DNA from: a virus
Lineage: Duplodnaviria > Caudoviricetes
DNA: 64,000 bases
Strand: one strand, 5' to 3'
IMG/VR virus record: IMGVR_UViG_3300032219_002765
Coordinates: 15,693-79,692 of that record
Both the position numbers and the translations under genes were made by a program. Of the stretch, positions 35,519 through 45,440 are shown piece by piece (the first letter of the stretch is position 1; each line of letters begins with the position of its first letter). The notes beneath the pieces were generated by a model, which was given only the letters and a program-made list of their open reading frames with translations, was not told where the DNA came from and searched no databases.

Positions 35519-36736
35519 ATGACTTCACATTATCTTCTGTCCTGTTCAATCTCCGCAGATGTACGTCAAAGCGTACAAATCAAATTCGATGATCTAAAAC
35601 TTCCAGTTTCTGTAATCGAAACTCTGCAACGGAATAACACAGTCAGCCTGCGCCCCAATCTCTCAAATGCACTTAAAGCAGAGCTTGATTCGCTTCGTAT
35701 TATGCAGCGTGAACTGTATGACAGCTATTGCATTCATTACGGCGACGCTCACTTTGTCACTGCTTCCTACTTTTATTCTGCTAAAACACTGATTAAACAA
35801 ATTAGAGATAGTGCAACTGAAGCTAACGATCGCTTGAAAGACTTGTGGGAATCGGAATATAACTCTTGGCAGGAGACTGCTGAGGGAATTCTGAAGCCAT
35901 TGTTTGTTGATTCAGACGAATTTAAATTGGCATTTAGTGCTTACATGAAATTCTTCCCTACAAAAGAAGAATACAAGACTCCGATTCGTGTTTCAGTCTT
36001 AGGGCCATTGCCTGCTTCAATGGAGAGAGTAGAAAAACCAGTAGAGGGCGATATCGATTCATTGATTGCATACGAAAATCAAATCAACACACAGCAAGTG
36101 TTGGAAGCAGCTCGTAACAACGCAGCTGATAAAGCTTTGATGATTAGTGCTGAGCTGCTAGATGATTTGGATGCTCGTTCATCGACTAAGGTTGGTCGCC
36201 AACAAACGGGTGGAGACAAGAAACGAGGGAGCTGGCAAATCACTGCTCAGAAACTGAAACTAATCAGCGACAGTGTTCCAGGGTTTGACAATCTAACTTC
36301 ACTCGCTGATCGCCTACTTCAAGCAGGCGTAGACATCCAATCGACTGAACGAATTACCCGGAATAAAGGTGCTGATGATTTCCACGAGGTTCAAGATCTA
36401 ATTAGGTCAGAGTTGGAAACAATCTGTGATCAAAGAGATAACTCTAAAGGACTAGAAACTCTTAAGCAATCTCTTTCACTCTCAAACAACTATAAGACTC
36501 TATGTGAACGAATTAAAACAACTGAGAATGCAAGTGCTCTCAATTTACTGATTAAAAATGCAAACCTAGAGTTGGATATCTATGCTCAACGATCCAAACA
36601 ACTGAACAAACTTATCAATCAACGTAAAGAATTTATTGGTGTTGCCGGTGAAAATCTAGATGATCTTATTTCAACAATTGTTGAAAGCGAAACTGAGGAG
36701 TTTGAAATGGCAACGGATTCAGAGGTTGACTTCTAA
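35519..36736 (+). CDS. Helical protein upstream of the AAA/VWA pair (DUF3150-like)
   Basis: 405 aa, mostly helical; the AYMKFFPTKEEY..PIRV motif and context recall DUF3150 partners of AAA/VWA modules (inference). Confidence 0.65.
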   Translation: MTSHYLLSCSISADVRQSVQIKFDDLKLPVSVIETLQRNNTVSLRPNLSNALKAELDSLRIMQRELYDSYCIHYGDAHFVTASYFYSAKTLIKQIRDSATEANDRLKDLWESEYNSWQETAEGILKPLFVDSDEFKLAFSAYMKFFPTKEEYKTPIRVSVLGPLPASMERVEKPVEGDIDSLIAYENQINTQQVLEAARNNAADKALMISAELLDDLDARSSTKVGRQQTGGDKKRGSWQITAQKLKLISDSVPGFDNLTSLADRLLQAGVDIQSTERITRNKGADDFHEVQDLIRSELETICDQRDNSKGLETLKQSLSLSNNYKTLCERIKTTENASALNLLIKNANLELDIYAQRSKQLNKLINQRKEFIGVAGENLDDLISTIVESETEEFEMATDSEVDF

Positions 36737-36966
36737 TGAAACGCTTACTGTACACAATCGAATCGACCAAAGGTTTCTTAGCAGACATTGAACGTTACAC
36801 AGATAACATTTTAGATGCTGTAACTTTTGTTGATTTTGATAATGCAGCTCATCGACTTGCGCAAGTGAACGATTTGCTGGTCGAACCATGCTGGATTGTG
36901 GCTAAGTATGTACCTTTCCCAAGGCCAATTGCGGTTTGTTTAAACACTCATTCTTCCCAAAAATGA
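36736..36966 (+). CDS. Hypothetical protein
   Basis: Coupled on both sides. Confidence 0.65.
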   Translation: MKRLLYTIESTKGFLADIERYTDNILDAVTFVDFDNAAHRLAQVNDLLVEPCWIVAKYVPFPRPIAVCLNTHSSQK

Positions 36967-38153
36967 AAGACACTTTATTCACCAAGCTTCAAAATTTCCG
37001 AGGAGCACTTAACAACTCTGCACTTGAACGTGAACACATTATCGATGGTCTTTTAGCAACACTTTTGAGCAAACAAAATGCGTTTTTGTTGGGTGTTCCC
37101 GGTACAGGTAAGTCAGATCTTGTTAGAAGTATTTGTAGAGGAATTATCGGAGCAAATTACTTCGGTTATTTACTGACTCCAACAACGGATCCTTCTGAAG
37201 TGTTTGGTCCTGTTGCTGTAACTAAACTCCTCAAAGATGAATACACACGCGACATAGAAGGTTACTTACCTAGCAGCCACATTGGATTTCTGGATGAACT
37301 CTTTAGAGGGAGTTCGGCAATTTTAAATTCATTACTAACTTTGCTAAATGAACGCACATTTAATAACGGCAAGGACTTAGTTGAAACCCCGATTCAGTCC
37401 ATCGTTTCCGCTACAAACAGTTGGCCCGATGAGGAATCTCTACAGGCATTTGCCGATAGGTTCCTATTCCGTCCCACAGTGGATCTTCTCCGTAAACCAG
37501 TATCAAAACGAAAACTAGACGAGTGGGCACTCGGTATTACTGAGCGTCCACAAGTTGGTGAACATATAACACTTGCGGAACTGCAAGAACTTCAAGAATC
37601 TGCTCAAACGATTGAAATTTCAGAAGAATTTCTTGATCGATTCAGTAGTGTCTGGGAGATGCTTGCCAACCGTAACATTTTTATTAGTGATCGTCGCCGC
37701 GTACAAGTGCTTAAGTTTTTAAAAGCTTGGGCAATAGTTCAGGGTGACGATAAGCTCTACCCAGAACATATGCATAACAGTTTGATACACATTGTTTATC
37801 AGACTAAAGAAGATCAGGAGGTAATCTTAGAAGTATTAGATCACGAGGTTCCCACGGCGGATCATGTTTTCAATGACGCTAAGCGGGCAGCAGCTGGAAT
37901 AGTAACTGAATATACAAATCTGCAGCATAAATTCCAGGCAAAAGGACTAGGAGAGTTAAATGAGTTTGTTACCTTATTGAAGAAATATCACAAAGATATG
38001 ACAACTGTACGAGATAAAGTCAGTGAGATACTTGACGGAACTCGATTCCGAATGTCAATTACTACTAGGTCTAAAGGCGTAAAACTTCAGCAAAATTTAC
38101 AAAATAACTGTAATACACTTACACGAGCTATTAGTGACATTAGTAAAGAGTAA
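36963..38153 (+). CDS. MoxR/RavA-like AAA+ ATPase
   Basis: Walker A GVPGTGKS, TTDPSEVFGP, Walker B FLDELFR, LNERTF and DRFLFR; start moved to MKDT. Confidence 0.9.
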   Translation: MKDTLFTKLQNFRGALNNSALEREHIIDGLLATLLSKQNAFLLGVPGTGKSDLVRSICRGIIGANYFGYLLTPTTDPSEVFGPVAVTKLLKDEYTRDIEGYLPSSHIGFLDELFRGSSAILNSLLTLLNERTFNNGKDLVETPIQSIVSATNSWPDEESLQAFADRFLFRPTVDLLRKPVSKRKLDEWALGITERPQVGEHITLAELQELQESAQTIEISEEFLDRFSSVWEMLANRNIFISDRRRVQVLKFLKAWAIVQGDDKLYPEHMHNSLIHIVYQTKEDQEVILEVLDHEVPTADHVFNDAKRAAAGIVTEYTNLQHKFQAKGLGELNEFVTLLKKYHKDMTTVRDKVSEILDGTRFRMSITTRSKGVKLQQNLQNNCNTLTRAISDISKE

Positions 38154-38157
38154 TCAA

Positions 38158-39708
38158 ATGAACCTCACAACGCATTCCGAGATTATTCGTTTAATTGCTA
38201 ACGAACCTCTAACTCTTTCATGCTCAGCTTTAGCAGATTTTTTGTGGGAAGACTTTATTAGGGATGCACGTCCCTCAGTAACTTATTTAATTGATTCCTA
38301 TAACATCAAACAGTTATCTCGTTTTGGCAAAGAATTATTTGAAAGATTATATAACGGTGACAACGTTAATTGGTTGGTAACTGAAGATGACTACGAAGAT
38401 TATTTCAGAAAGATGTGTGACGGAGATACCACAGCAGTGCCACGCGGGTTTAAACCGGAGAACAGTATCTGGTATGCGATTATGGGGGACTTAAGTCAAG
38501 CGGCTGCGTGGCCAACCCTGCTTCATAGGAGCATCGGTGATCAATTTAATGCGGGTAATAATGCCGTTAATATCCTTAACGAACTCTCAAAAGTTATTAC
38601 TGAAGCTATTGAGCAAGGTCAATTTGACGTACAGCTCTTGACTGACGCTGGTAAAAAACTAAGAGAGCTACGGGAACAGTTCCAAGAAGCTCAAGCAAAG
38701 GGTGATAGGACGAAAGCAGAGAAACTACGGAGAGAAGGAAAAGCTTTGGCTCAAGAGATATCTGATGCGGTAGAAAAAGCGAGGGATAAAATTCAAAGCC
38801 AGTCACATAAAATTATTGATAAGGCTCTTGAAAATTGTCAGGAAACAAATGATGCTGTTGAAGCACTGCATGGAAGTCAAGCAGGTTCGGGATCACATTC
38901 ACTAGACCTACAGGAAAAGAAAGATTTAGCAAAGAGCTTAAGCTATAACAAACAACTTCAACAATTAATTAAAAAGTTAGGTGCTCTCCGCCGTGTTTGG
39001 CAAGAACGGAAACGAGCAAGAAAAATTACAGACAAATATGAATCTATTACAGGAGCAAAATTTAGCGATGATGTTCCGAAAGCTTTCTCTAGTGAAATTG
39101 CATTAGCTGGTACTGATCAAGGTCGTGCGCTCTTTGCCCTCAAATATTCTCAAAAAACTCTTTTAACAAAAGATTTTACGGCACACCGTAAGGATATTGG
39201 CAAAGGACCGATAGTTATGTACATTGATGTATCTGGTTCTATGGGAGGAGAACCTGAAATTTGGAGCAAAGCTATTGCATTTGTTATTGCCGAGCAAGCT
39301 CTTAAAGAGAAACGTAGTGTACAAATATATTTATTCGATACACAAATTGAAGATTCAGTCACACTTAGTGCTGACCGGAAGAATAATCTAGAACTACTCG
39401 ACTTTGTTGGTACCTGGACACTCGGCGGAGGTACTAGCTTTAACGCGGTGCTCGCCCACGCTTTAGATAAAGCTGACATTAAAAAGAGAGCAGATGTTTT
39501 GATGATTACTGATGGACACAGTGAAGTACACGATAATTTTATTGCTCGTTTAAATAAGTTCAAACAAACTATTGGGGTGCAGTGGAACACAATTTGTATA
39601 AATTCTTCAACACCTGCTGTCTGTAAAAGGTTCAGTGATGAACTTTACTCCGTAAACTTAAAGAATCAAAATGATACAGTTGATGTCATACAGAGGTGTC
39701 TGCGCTAG
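38158..39708 (+). CDS. VWA-domain protein (ViaA/CoxE-like)
   Basis: MIDAS DVSGSM, GGGTSF and MITDG; start moved to MNLTT. Confidence 0.88.
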   Translation: MNLTTHSEIIRLIANEPLTLSCSALADFLWEDFIRDARPSVTYLIDSYNIKQLSRFGKELFERLYNGDNVNWLVTEDDYEDYFRKMCDGDTTAVPRGFKPENSIWYAIMGDLSQAAAWPTLLHRSIGDQFNAGNNAVNILNELSKVITEAIEQGQFDVQLLTDAGKKLRELREQFQEAQAKGDRTKAEKLRREGKALAQEISDAVEKARDKIQSQSHKIIDKALENCQETNDAVEALHGSQAGSGSHSLDLQEKKDLAKSLSYNKQLQQLIKKLGALRRVWQERKRARKITDKYESITGAKFSDDVPKAFSSEIALAGTDQGRALFALKYSQKTLLTKDFTAHRKDIGKGPIVMYIDVSGSMGGEPEIWSKAIAFVIAEQALKEKRSVQIYLFDTQIEDSVTLSADRKNNLELLDFVGTWTLGGGTSFNAVLAHALDKADIKKRADVLMITDGHSEVHDNFIARLNKFKQTIGVQWNTICINSSTPAVCKRFSDELYSVNLKNQNDTVDVIQRCLR

Positions 39709-39753
39709 CTGATACTACAATTATTTGACTGCACTCTTCGACACCACCAGTAA

Positions 39754-39984
39754 ATGGATCCTCAACAAGAAATTTTAAAGATACTCGAAGAGTATTCGCT
39801 GCGTCGAAAAGTTAAAGTAGGCACTTTAAATGATCCTACAGATAAAGATCCCACATTTGGAGATTTGTTTTTTGATGTAACTTCTAATACACTTCACTAC
39901 TGTCAAGGAAGGATTAATGGGCAGCCACGGTGGGTTAAAGTTGAAGACGAGCAATCTAAGCACATTCTCAGGAAGCTTCAGTGA
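39754..39984 (+). CDS. Hypothetical protein
   Basis: 76-aa ORF. Confidence 0.6.
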   Translation: MDPQQEILKILEEYSLRRKVKVGTLNDPTDKDPTFGDLFFDVTSNTLHYCQGRINGQPRWVKVEDEQSKHILRKLQ

Positions 39985-40433
39985 GTCAATTAATGAGACT
40001 TGAATGCGCTCAAACTGTCGCAGAACTCAGGCACAAATACGACCCTCAAAATATAAACTTTGAAAGTTTAGGTAAGTGGATATTTAATTGTCTTTCGATA
40101 TCGCTTAACAACACTAAATATGAATCTAAACCGGAAACTTTATATTTAGATTGTTTATTGAATTATCACCCTCAGTTGCTTTTATTCAGCATTTATAAAA
40201 AACCTAATGTGGACATGACTTCTGGGGAAGATGACGGATGTTCCTATGACGTGTCAATCTTTGGCGGGCCTCATTTTAAACAATTATTCGGCATAGCAAG
40301 TTTAGTTCAGTTAAAAAGTTTAATTTGGCTTTCATCTGCCGATGTTACTGACGTTAGTAATTCCATTCGAGAAGAAATACATGACTGGTGTAACAATATT
40401 GAAGAAATTTTCCATGCTTTACAAGCTATATAG
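39981..40433 (+). CDS. Hypothetical protein
   Basis: 150-aa coupled ORF. Confidence 0.6.
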   Translation: MSQLMRLECAQTVAELRHKYDPQNINFESLGKWIFNCLSISLNNTKYESKPETLYLDCLLNYHPQLLLFSIYKKPNVDMTSGEDDGCSYDVSIFGGPHFKQLFGIASLVQLKSLIWLSSADVTDVSNSIREEIHDWCNNIEEIFHALQAI

Positions 40434-40525
40434 TAAGCTACAGCATAGAAAGATTAAGAAACTGCTTGCTTGCTTGCTTTTCATGCAAAGTCCTTTCTAT
40501 CTTGAGTTGGTCATTTCTTTCTGAC

Positions 40526-41338
40526 ATGAACTTTCAATTCTGCCTCAAGGGAACGCCAATTGACCAAAACGAAGCTGCTGCTTTGTTAACGGCAACAAGG
40601 GGCGCCAACAAAAAGCCACTCGATATTGAACTGTCCAATCTTTTGGATTTCAATACCGTAGACAGTAAAAAATTATTTGAGTTAGCTGTCGAGAACAACA
40701 ACCAAGCTTTGGCTTCATTGGCTTGGAAAGTATCCGTCGATCAAAAACAAGATCGTCCGCAACTGCAACAAACACAAATTGCACTGCCAAAAAAAATTAA
40801 ACAAGTTGTTAGCACTTCAGCTGACACCAGTATCGATAATCTTATCGACAAGATGGCTCAGTCCACGTCGCACCCCTTTGTGGGAGCGGCAATGCTTTTA
40901 AAAGCTGCTAACGATAAAGAGTGGATTACTCTTCGGGAAACAGCTTTAAGTTTCGCAAACACTATGTGGGCTGTCCCTACCGTCTCACGTAATTCGCGAT
41001 TTTTTCGCGGCTTAACTTTGAACAAAGGTAAGCTTACAACGCTGGATTTAAGTTCCGGGGTTCCTCGGCGCCAAACTTTCCACGTGTCACCGCTCTACAT
41101 CAGCCTCCGGGAGGGCTTGGTCTTCTGTATCAAAGAAGGTCTTGTAGAACAACGTCGGATGCTTTCGACGGGCTGCACGGATAAGAGCAGGGTCGTTTCC
41201 ACGGCGATCTCTCAGATGAAACGCATGTATTACAAAGTGCGTTTAACCAACAAAGGCCGTGAACTGTGCAGCCATTGGGGTGATATCGAGTACTACATCG
41301 CACAACAATTTGCTGCGCAAGTGGATCGAGCACACTGA
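40526..41338 (+). CDS. Hypothetical protein with a C-terminal winged-helix-like segment
   Basis: Ends YYKVRLTNKGRELC (wing-like); start moved to MNFQF. Confidence 0.65.
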   Translation: MNFQFCLKGTPIDQNEAAALLTATRGANKKPLDIELSNLLDFNTVDSKKLFELAVENNNQALASLAWKVSVDQKQDRPQLQQTQIALPKKIKQVVSTSADTSIDNLIDKMAQSTSHPFVGAAMLLKAANDKEWITLRETALSFANTMWAVPTVSRNSRFFRGLTLNKGKLTTLDLSSGVPRRQTFHVSPLYISLREGLVFCIKEGLVEQRRMLSTGCTDKSRVVSTAISQMKRMYYKVRLTNKGRELCSHWGDIEYYIAQQFAAQVDRAH

Positions 41339-41363
41339 GCCAACAACCTAAAAGTAGAGTAAA

Positions 41364-41395
41364 GTGCGTCATCAAAAGGTGGCGCACATTTTTTT
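41364..41395 (+). terminator. Intrinsic terminator
   Basis: GTGCGTCATC-AAAA-GGTGGCGCAC followed by ATTTTTTT. Confidence 0.8.
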
Positions 41396-41404
41396 ATCTT
41401 AAAA

Positions 41405-43297
41405 ATGAACTTAATTTTTGTTGACTCTAACGATAAATGTGCAGAAGTTTTACCTGCTTTATATAAATACGAAAAGATTGTTTTAGACACAGAAACAACA
41501 GGATTAGACAGCTGGATAGCAAAAGTTCGTTTAATCCAAATATGTTCTGCTTCAGTAGAGGATATAGACGACCCTGTTTACGTGTTTGATGTTTTTAAAA
41601 TCGACACTACGGAACTAAGCAAATATATCGAATCGAGATCCACGCTGGTTGCACATAACGCAAACTTCGATCTTCAGTTTTTACAATCCATAAATTGCGA
41701 TTTTAAAAACAAAATCTTTTGTACCTACGTTGCTGAACGTGTTCTCCGTGCTGGTTTTAAAGAGAAGCGGATAGCTCCGCAAACTAAGAAGCCATATTTT
41801 GCTGACGTTTCTTGTGGTTTAAAAGCTGTTGCACAGCGTCGACTGGAAATTGAACTGTCGAAAGAAGAACAAGTTTCAGATTGGAGTGCCGAAATTCTCA
41901 CTGAAAGCCAATTAACTTATGCCGCTAAGGATGTAAAAATTCTTCCATTAATTGCTAAACAACAGTATGAAGAATTAAAAGAGGAAAATCTCCTCGGCCT
42001 TTACTCCATTGAAAGTAAATGTATACGGCCTGTTTCGCAAATGTGCAGGCGAGGTTTTAGTGTTGATGTTACTAAATTAAAACAACTTAAATTTAAAATA
42101 GAAAATGAATTAAGCATAAAAACAGAACACTTTATAAAAGAACTTGATCGGCGATTGCCTGATGATAGGAAGCTTCCAAGAACAGTTGCGAACGAAATTG
42201 CTATCGGTAAAAAACTCAAAAAAGAATTCAACCCTAGTTCTACTAGACAGTTAGTTTGTGCTTTTAAAGATTGCGGTATCGAATTGCCTCTTGACGGCAA
42301 CACAAATAATCCGACTTTAAATCAAGTTGCGCTAGCTGAGTTTGACAGCGAAGATCCCACGCTGTTGCTTTATAGAGAAAGAGCGAAGATAGAAACTCGG
42401 CTAGAGCATGTGACAAAATTAATTGACAATATAAATCCTGTATCCCGCAGGATACACTCTGGTTACAATCAGTGCGGCGCAAACTCAGGTCGATTTACGA
42501 GCAGCGGTGCACCTAAAGTTGCTAAAACGAAACAAAAAACGGTTTTCGGAATAAATATCCAGCAAGTTCCTAGATCAAAAGACTTCAGAGAAACTTTTGT
42601 CGCTGCACCAGGATATAAGTTAGTGATCTGTGACTGGGCTCAAATTGAACTTCGGCTAGGGGCTGAGCTTATTGGTATACCTCAGATGAAGCAAGCTTTT
42701 ATAGATGACATAGATTTACACACGTTGACAGCAAGTTTAATTTATAAGAAGGACATACAGCAAGTAACGAAAGAAGAACGCCAAGACGGTAAAACGCTTA
42801 ATTTTGCTCTGTTATACGGAATGGGTTATAGAAAGTACAAAACATATGCCGCGCAAAGTGGCAAAATAATTAGTCTCTCAGAGGCTAAGGTTGCCCATAC
42901 AGCGTTTCACACTGCGTACCCACGGTTGAGGCAGTGGCACATGGAAAGAGCTGCTTTAGTTGCAGACGGTTGGACATATACGCGAACTGTTTGCGGTAGA
43001 CGAAGACTATTAAGTTACGATGATGCAACTATGATGTGTAGCGCAAACACATTAATACAAGGATCAGGTGCAGACATACTTAAAATAGCTATAGCAAACT
43101 TAAGCGAACATCTAAATGATGATGCTTATTTAATTGCGTGCGTGCATGATGAACTGGTCCTGGAAGTTAAGGAGCAGTTAGCGGAACACTATAAAGAACT
43201 TCTAGAAAAAACTATGGTGCAAGCGGCGGAAAGTATACTAACCTCTGTTCCTGCCTCTGCTGATGCCAGCGTGGGAAATTCCTGGGCCGCTAAATAA
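41405..43297 (+). CDS. polA: DNA polymerase family A (3'-5' exonuclease + polymerase, no 5'-3' exonuclease)
   Basis: Exo motifs DTETTG, HNANFD, YAAKD; pol motifs DWAQIELR, KTLNFALLYG, VHDE. Confidence 0.95.
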   Translation: MNLIFVDSNDKCAEVLPALYKYEKIVLDTETTGLDSWIAKVRLIQICSASVEDIDDPVYVFDVFKIDTTELSKYIESRSTLVAHNANFDLQFLQSINCDFKNKIFCTYVAERVLRAGFKEKRIAPQTKKPYFADVSCGLKAVAQRRLEIELSKEEQVSDWSAEILTESQLTYAAKDVKILPLIAKQQYEELKEENLLGLYSIESKCIRPVSQMCRRGFSVDVTKLKQLKFKIENELSIKTEHFIKELDRRLPDDRKLPRTVANEIAIGKKLKKEFNPSSTRQLVCAFKDCGIELPLDGNTNNPTLNQVALAEFDSEDPTLLLYRERAKIETRLEHVTKLIDNINPVSRRIHSGYNQCGANSGRFTSSGAPKVAKTKQKTVFGINIQQVPRSKDFRETFVAAPGYKLVICDWAQIELRLGAELIGIPQMKQAFIDDIDLHTLTASLIYKKDIQQVTKEERQDGKTLNFALLYGMGYRKYKTYAAQSGKIISLSEAKVAHTAFHTAYPRLRQWHMERAALVADGWTYTRTVCGRRRLLSYDDATMMCSANTLIQGSGADILKIAIANLSEHLNDDAYLIACVHDELVLEVKEQLAEHYKELLEKTMVQAAESILTSVPASADASVGNSWAAK

Positions 43298-43798
43298 ATG
43301 GAATTATTAGAAATCCCTAAAAACCCTGAAAAAGAAATATTTACTGTCAAACACGACGGTAAATATTTTGCTGTTATTACAGGAGATATAAGTATCTACG
43401 TAAGCCCAAAAGAATTTGATTCGCCTTTAGCGGCAAGTAACCACGCGAGAACTTTAAAACGGCAAAACGAAATAGTTGTAAATATTAAGAAACAAGAAAA
43501 ATCAAGCACAGCTAAAAATGCAGCTACAATAGCTAAGAAAAATAAATTTTATACCGAAGCCGAAATGGCCTCGCAAACTAAGCTGTCATTTCGCGAAATC
43601 TGGCTAATCGTAAGTCCGGAAGGCTTATATGCTAGTAACATTTTGACTGACAATAAAGTAGTTAAATACGAAAAAGATAAAGATAAAGCACAAATGTTTA
43701 AAACTTACGAAGACGCTTACATAAACTTAAATACTTTAAACATGGTAATCTGCTGTGGGCATAAGCTGCGTAGATTTTTCAAACGTATCGAAAATTAA
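43298..43798 (+). CDS. Hypothetical protein
   Basis: 166 aa, coupled to polA. Confidence 0.65.
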   Translation: MELLEIPKNPEKEIFTVKHDGKYFAVITGDISIYVSPKEFDSPLAASNHARTLKRQNEIVVNIKKQEKSSTAKNAATIAKKNKFYTEAEMASQTKLSFREIWLIVSPEGLYASNILTDNKVVKYEKDKDKAQMFKTYEDAYINLNTLNMVICCGHKLRRFFKRIEN

Positions 43799-43839
43799 AT
43801 AGAGGGCATTATAATCAGAGGAGATACGCTCTTAAATTA

Positions 43840-45426
43840 ATGGCGCGGCGATATAACTTAAATTTTGCTGGTCAAAATTTTGGCTTTGATTTACCAACTG
43901 TAACTGACGCACAAGGAAATGTTCAAACAGAATCCGTTTTAGCGGATTACTTTCCAGAGTTAAAGCTTACATACGCTCCTAAGGGTTCACGCGGTGGGAG
44001 ACTTGGATCCTCGTCAAATCAAACCACGACAGACTTTGCGATAAGGCAGCGGGAGGCAGCTAGTGCAGGGGCCACAGGGGGTGTTCCTCCTAATACAGCT
44101 GCTCCTACTACTCCCACTACTCCTGCTGCTCCTGTTGCTCCTGTTGCTCCTGCTGCGGCTAAAGCACCAGCGTTTAACTACGGAACATTTTCATTAGACG
44201 AATACAATAAAGCTTTAGAACCATATAATGCTCAAAGTAGAATTTCAGAAGCTCGGAGAAGTTTAGGGCTTGGTGATGCGGATGCACCCTACCTCGGATT
44301 GCTTGCTGCATCAAACGTAGACGAAGATGTTTCAAAATTCTCTGAAAGCGAAAAAAATTATGCTTTATCTTTAGCAAAAGCAGCAAAAGCTGGTGGTGAC
44401 TCAGCTTTTAGTCCGGCAGATTTAGGTAAAGTTGAATCTACTTTAGGTGCGTTCCAGAAACTAAATCCACGTGAATTCTTTAAACCAGGAGAAACTGAGC
44501 TTCGTACGGGAAGTTTCTTAGCTCGGACAAATCTGGGAGGATATTCTTACCAGGACTTTTTATCAGGAAAAGCTGCTCCTGCGGTAACATCACGCGAACA
44601 ATACAAAGCACCAGCAGCAGCTCAAACAACGCTACCTGCTGCCACGCAAAGAACTGCACGTGAAAACGATATTAATTCGTTATATAAAACTGTACTTGGA
44701 CGCGATGCAGATCCTGAAGGGTTAAAGAACTATTCCTCATCTTCGATGAGTTTGAATGATGTTCTCAGTCAGATTTCACAATCGCCTGAAAATAAGAAAA
44801 AACAAATTGGTGACTTATATAAAACTATTTTAAACCGAGAAGTTGATCCAGAAGGATTATCTCAATATTCTGAGCGAGATGCGCGAGCAGCTGGTGGTTT
44901 TACTTCTGAAGAACTTGAAAGCATCTCTCAAGATCTTCGCAACAGTACTGAATATAAAAATAGAGGTTTAAGTGCACGCCCAACCTTTAAATCATCTGCA
45001 GAATATGACAGCGGATTACAAAGCGGAAACTTTAACTCTCCTGAAAGAATTGGTGAAGCTCGTAAAACTTTAGGTTTAGGCGAAAGCGATAGCCCTTATT
45101 TAGGTTTATTAGCAGCGGCTAACACTGATTCTGATCCTAACGACTTTACTCAAGAAGAAGCTGACTACGCTAGAGAACTTGCACGTCGTGCTCAAACTAG
45201 TGGCGATAAACGTTTTGCAGGTCAAAATCTGGATCAGATTTATTCAGTAATTGATAAAGCAAACGCAGCAGATAAAAATATATTTAAAGACAATGAGAAA
45301 GAATTACGTTCAGGTCAGTTCTTATCTGGCACAGGTCAAACCGGTTTTCTCTTAGGAGACTACTTAAAATCAGTTGGCAAAACTACGTCAGGTGGAAACC
45401 AGAACACTGTATCGTTCTATAAGTAA
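43840..45426 (+). CDS. Repeat protein: two ~107-aa repeats flanking two DUF4214-like motifs
   Basis: RI.EARR.LGLG....PYLGLLAA repeats at 44239-44563 and 45046-45366; LYKTVLGRDADPEGL and LYKTILNREVDPEGL between them. Confidence 0.7.
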   Translation: MARRYNLNFAGQNFGFDLPTVTDAQGNVQTESVLADYFPELKLTYAPKGSRGGRLGSSSNQTTTDFAIRQREAASAGATGGVPPNTAAPTTPTTPAAPVAPVAPAAAKAPAFNYGTFSLDEYNKALEPYNAQSRISEARRSLGLGDADAPYLGLLAASNVDEDVSKFSESEKNYALSLAKAAKAGGDSAFSPADLGKVESTLGAFQKLNPREFFKPGETELRTGSFLARTNLGGYSYQDFLSGKAAPAVTSREQYKAPAAAQTTLPAATQRTARENDINSLYKTVLGRDADPEGLKNYSSSSMSLNDVLSQISQSPENKKKQIGDLYKTILNREVDPEGLSQYSERDARAAGGFTSEELESISQDLRNSTEYKNRGLSARPTFKSSAEYDSGLQSGNFNSPERIGEARKTLGLGESDSPYLGLLAAANTDSDPNDFTQEEADYARELARRAQTSGDKRFAGQNLDQIYSVIDKANAADKNIFKDNEKELRSGQFLSGTGQTGFLLGDYLKSVGKTTSGGNQNTVSFYK

Positions 45427-45440
45427 AGTTAAAAAATTAT

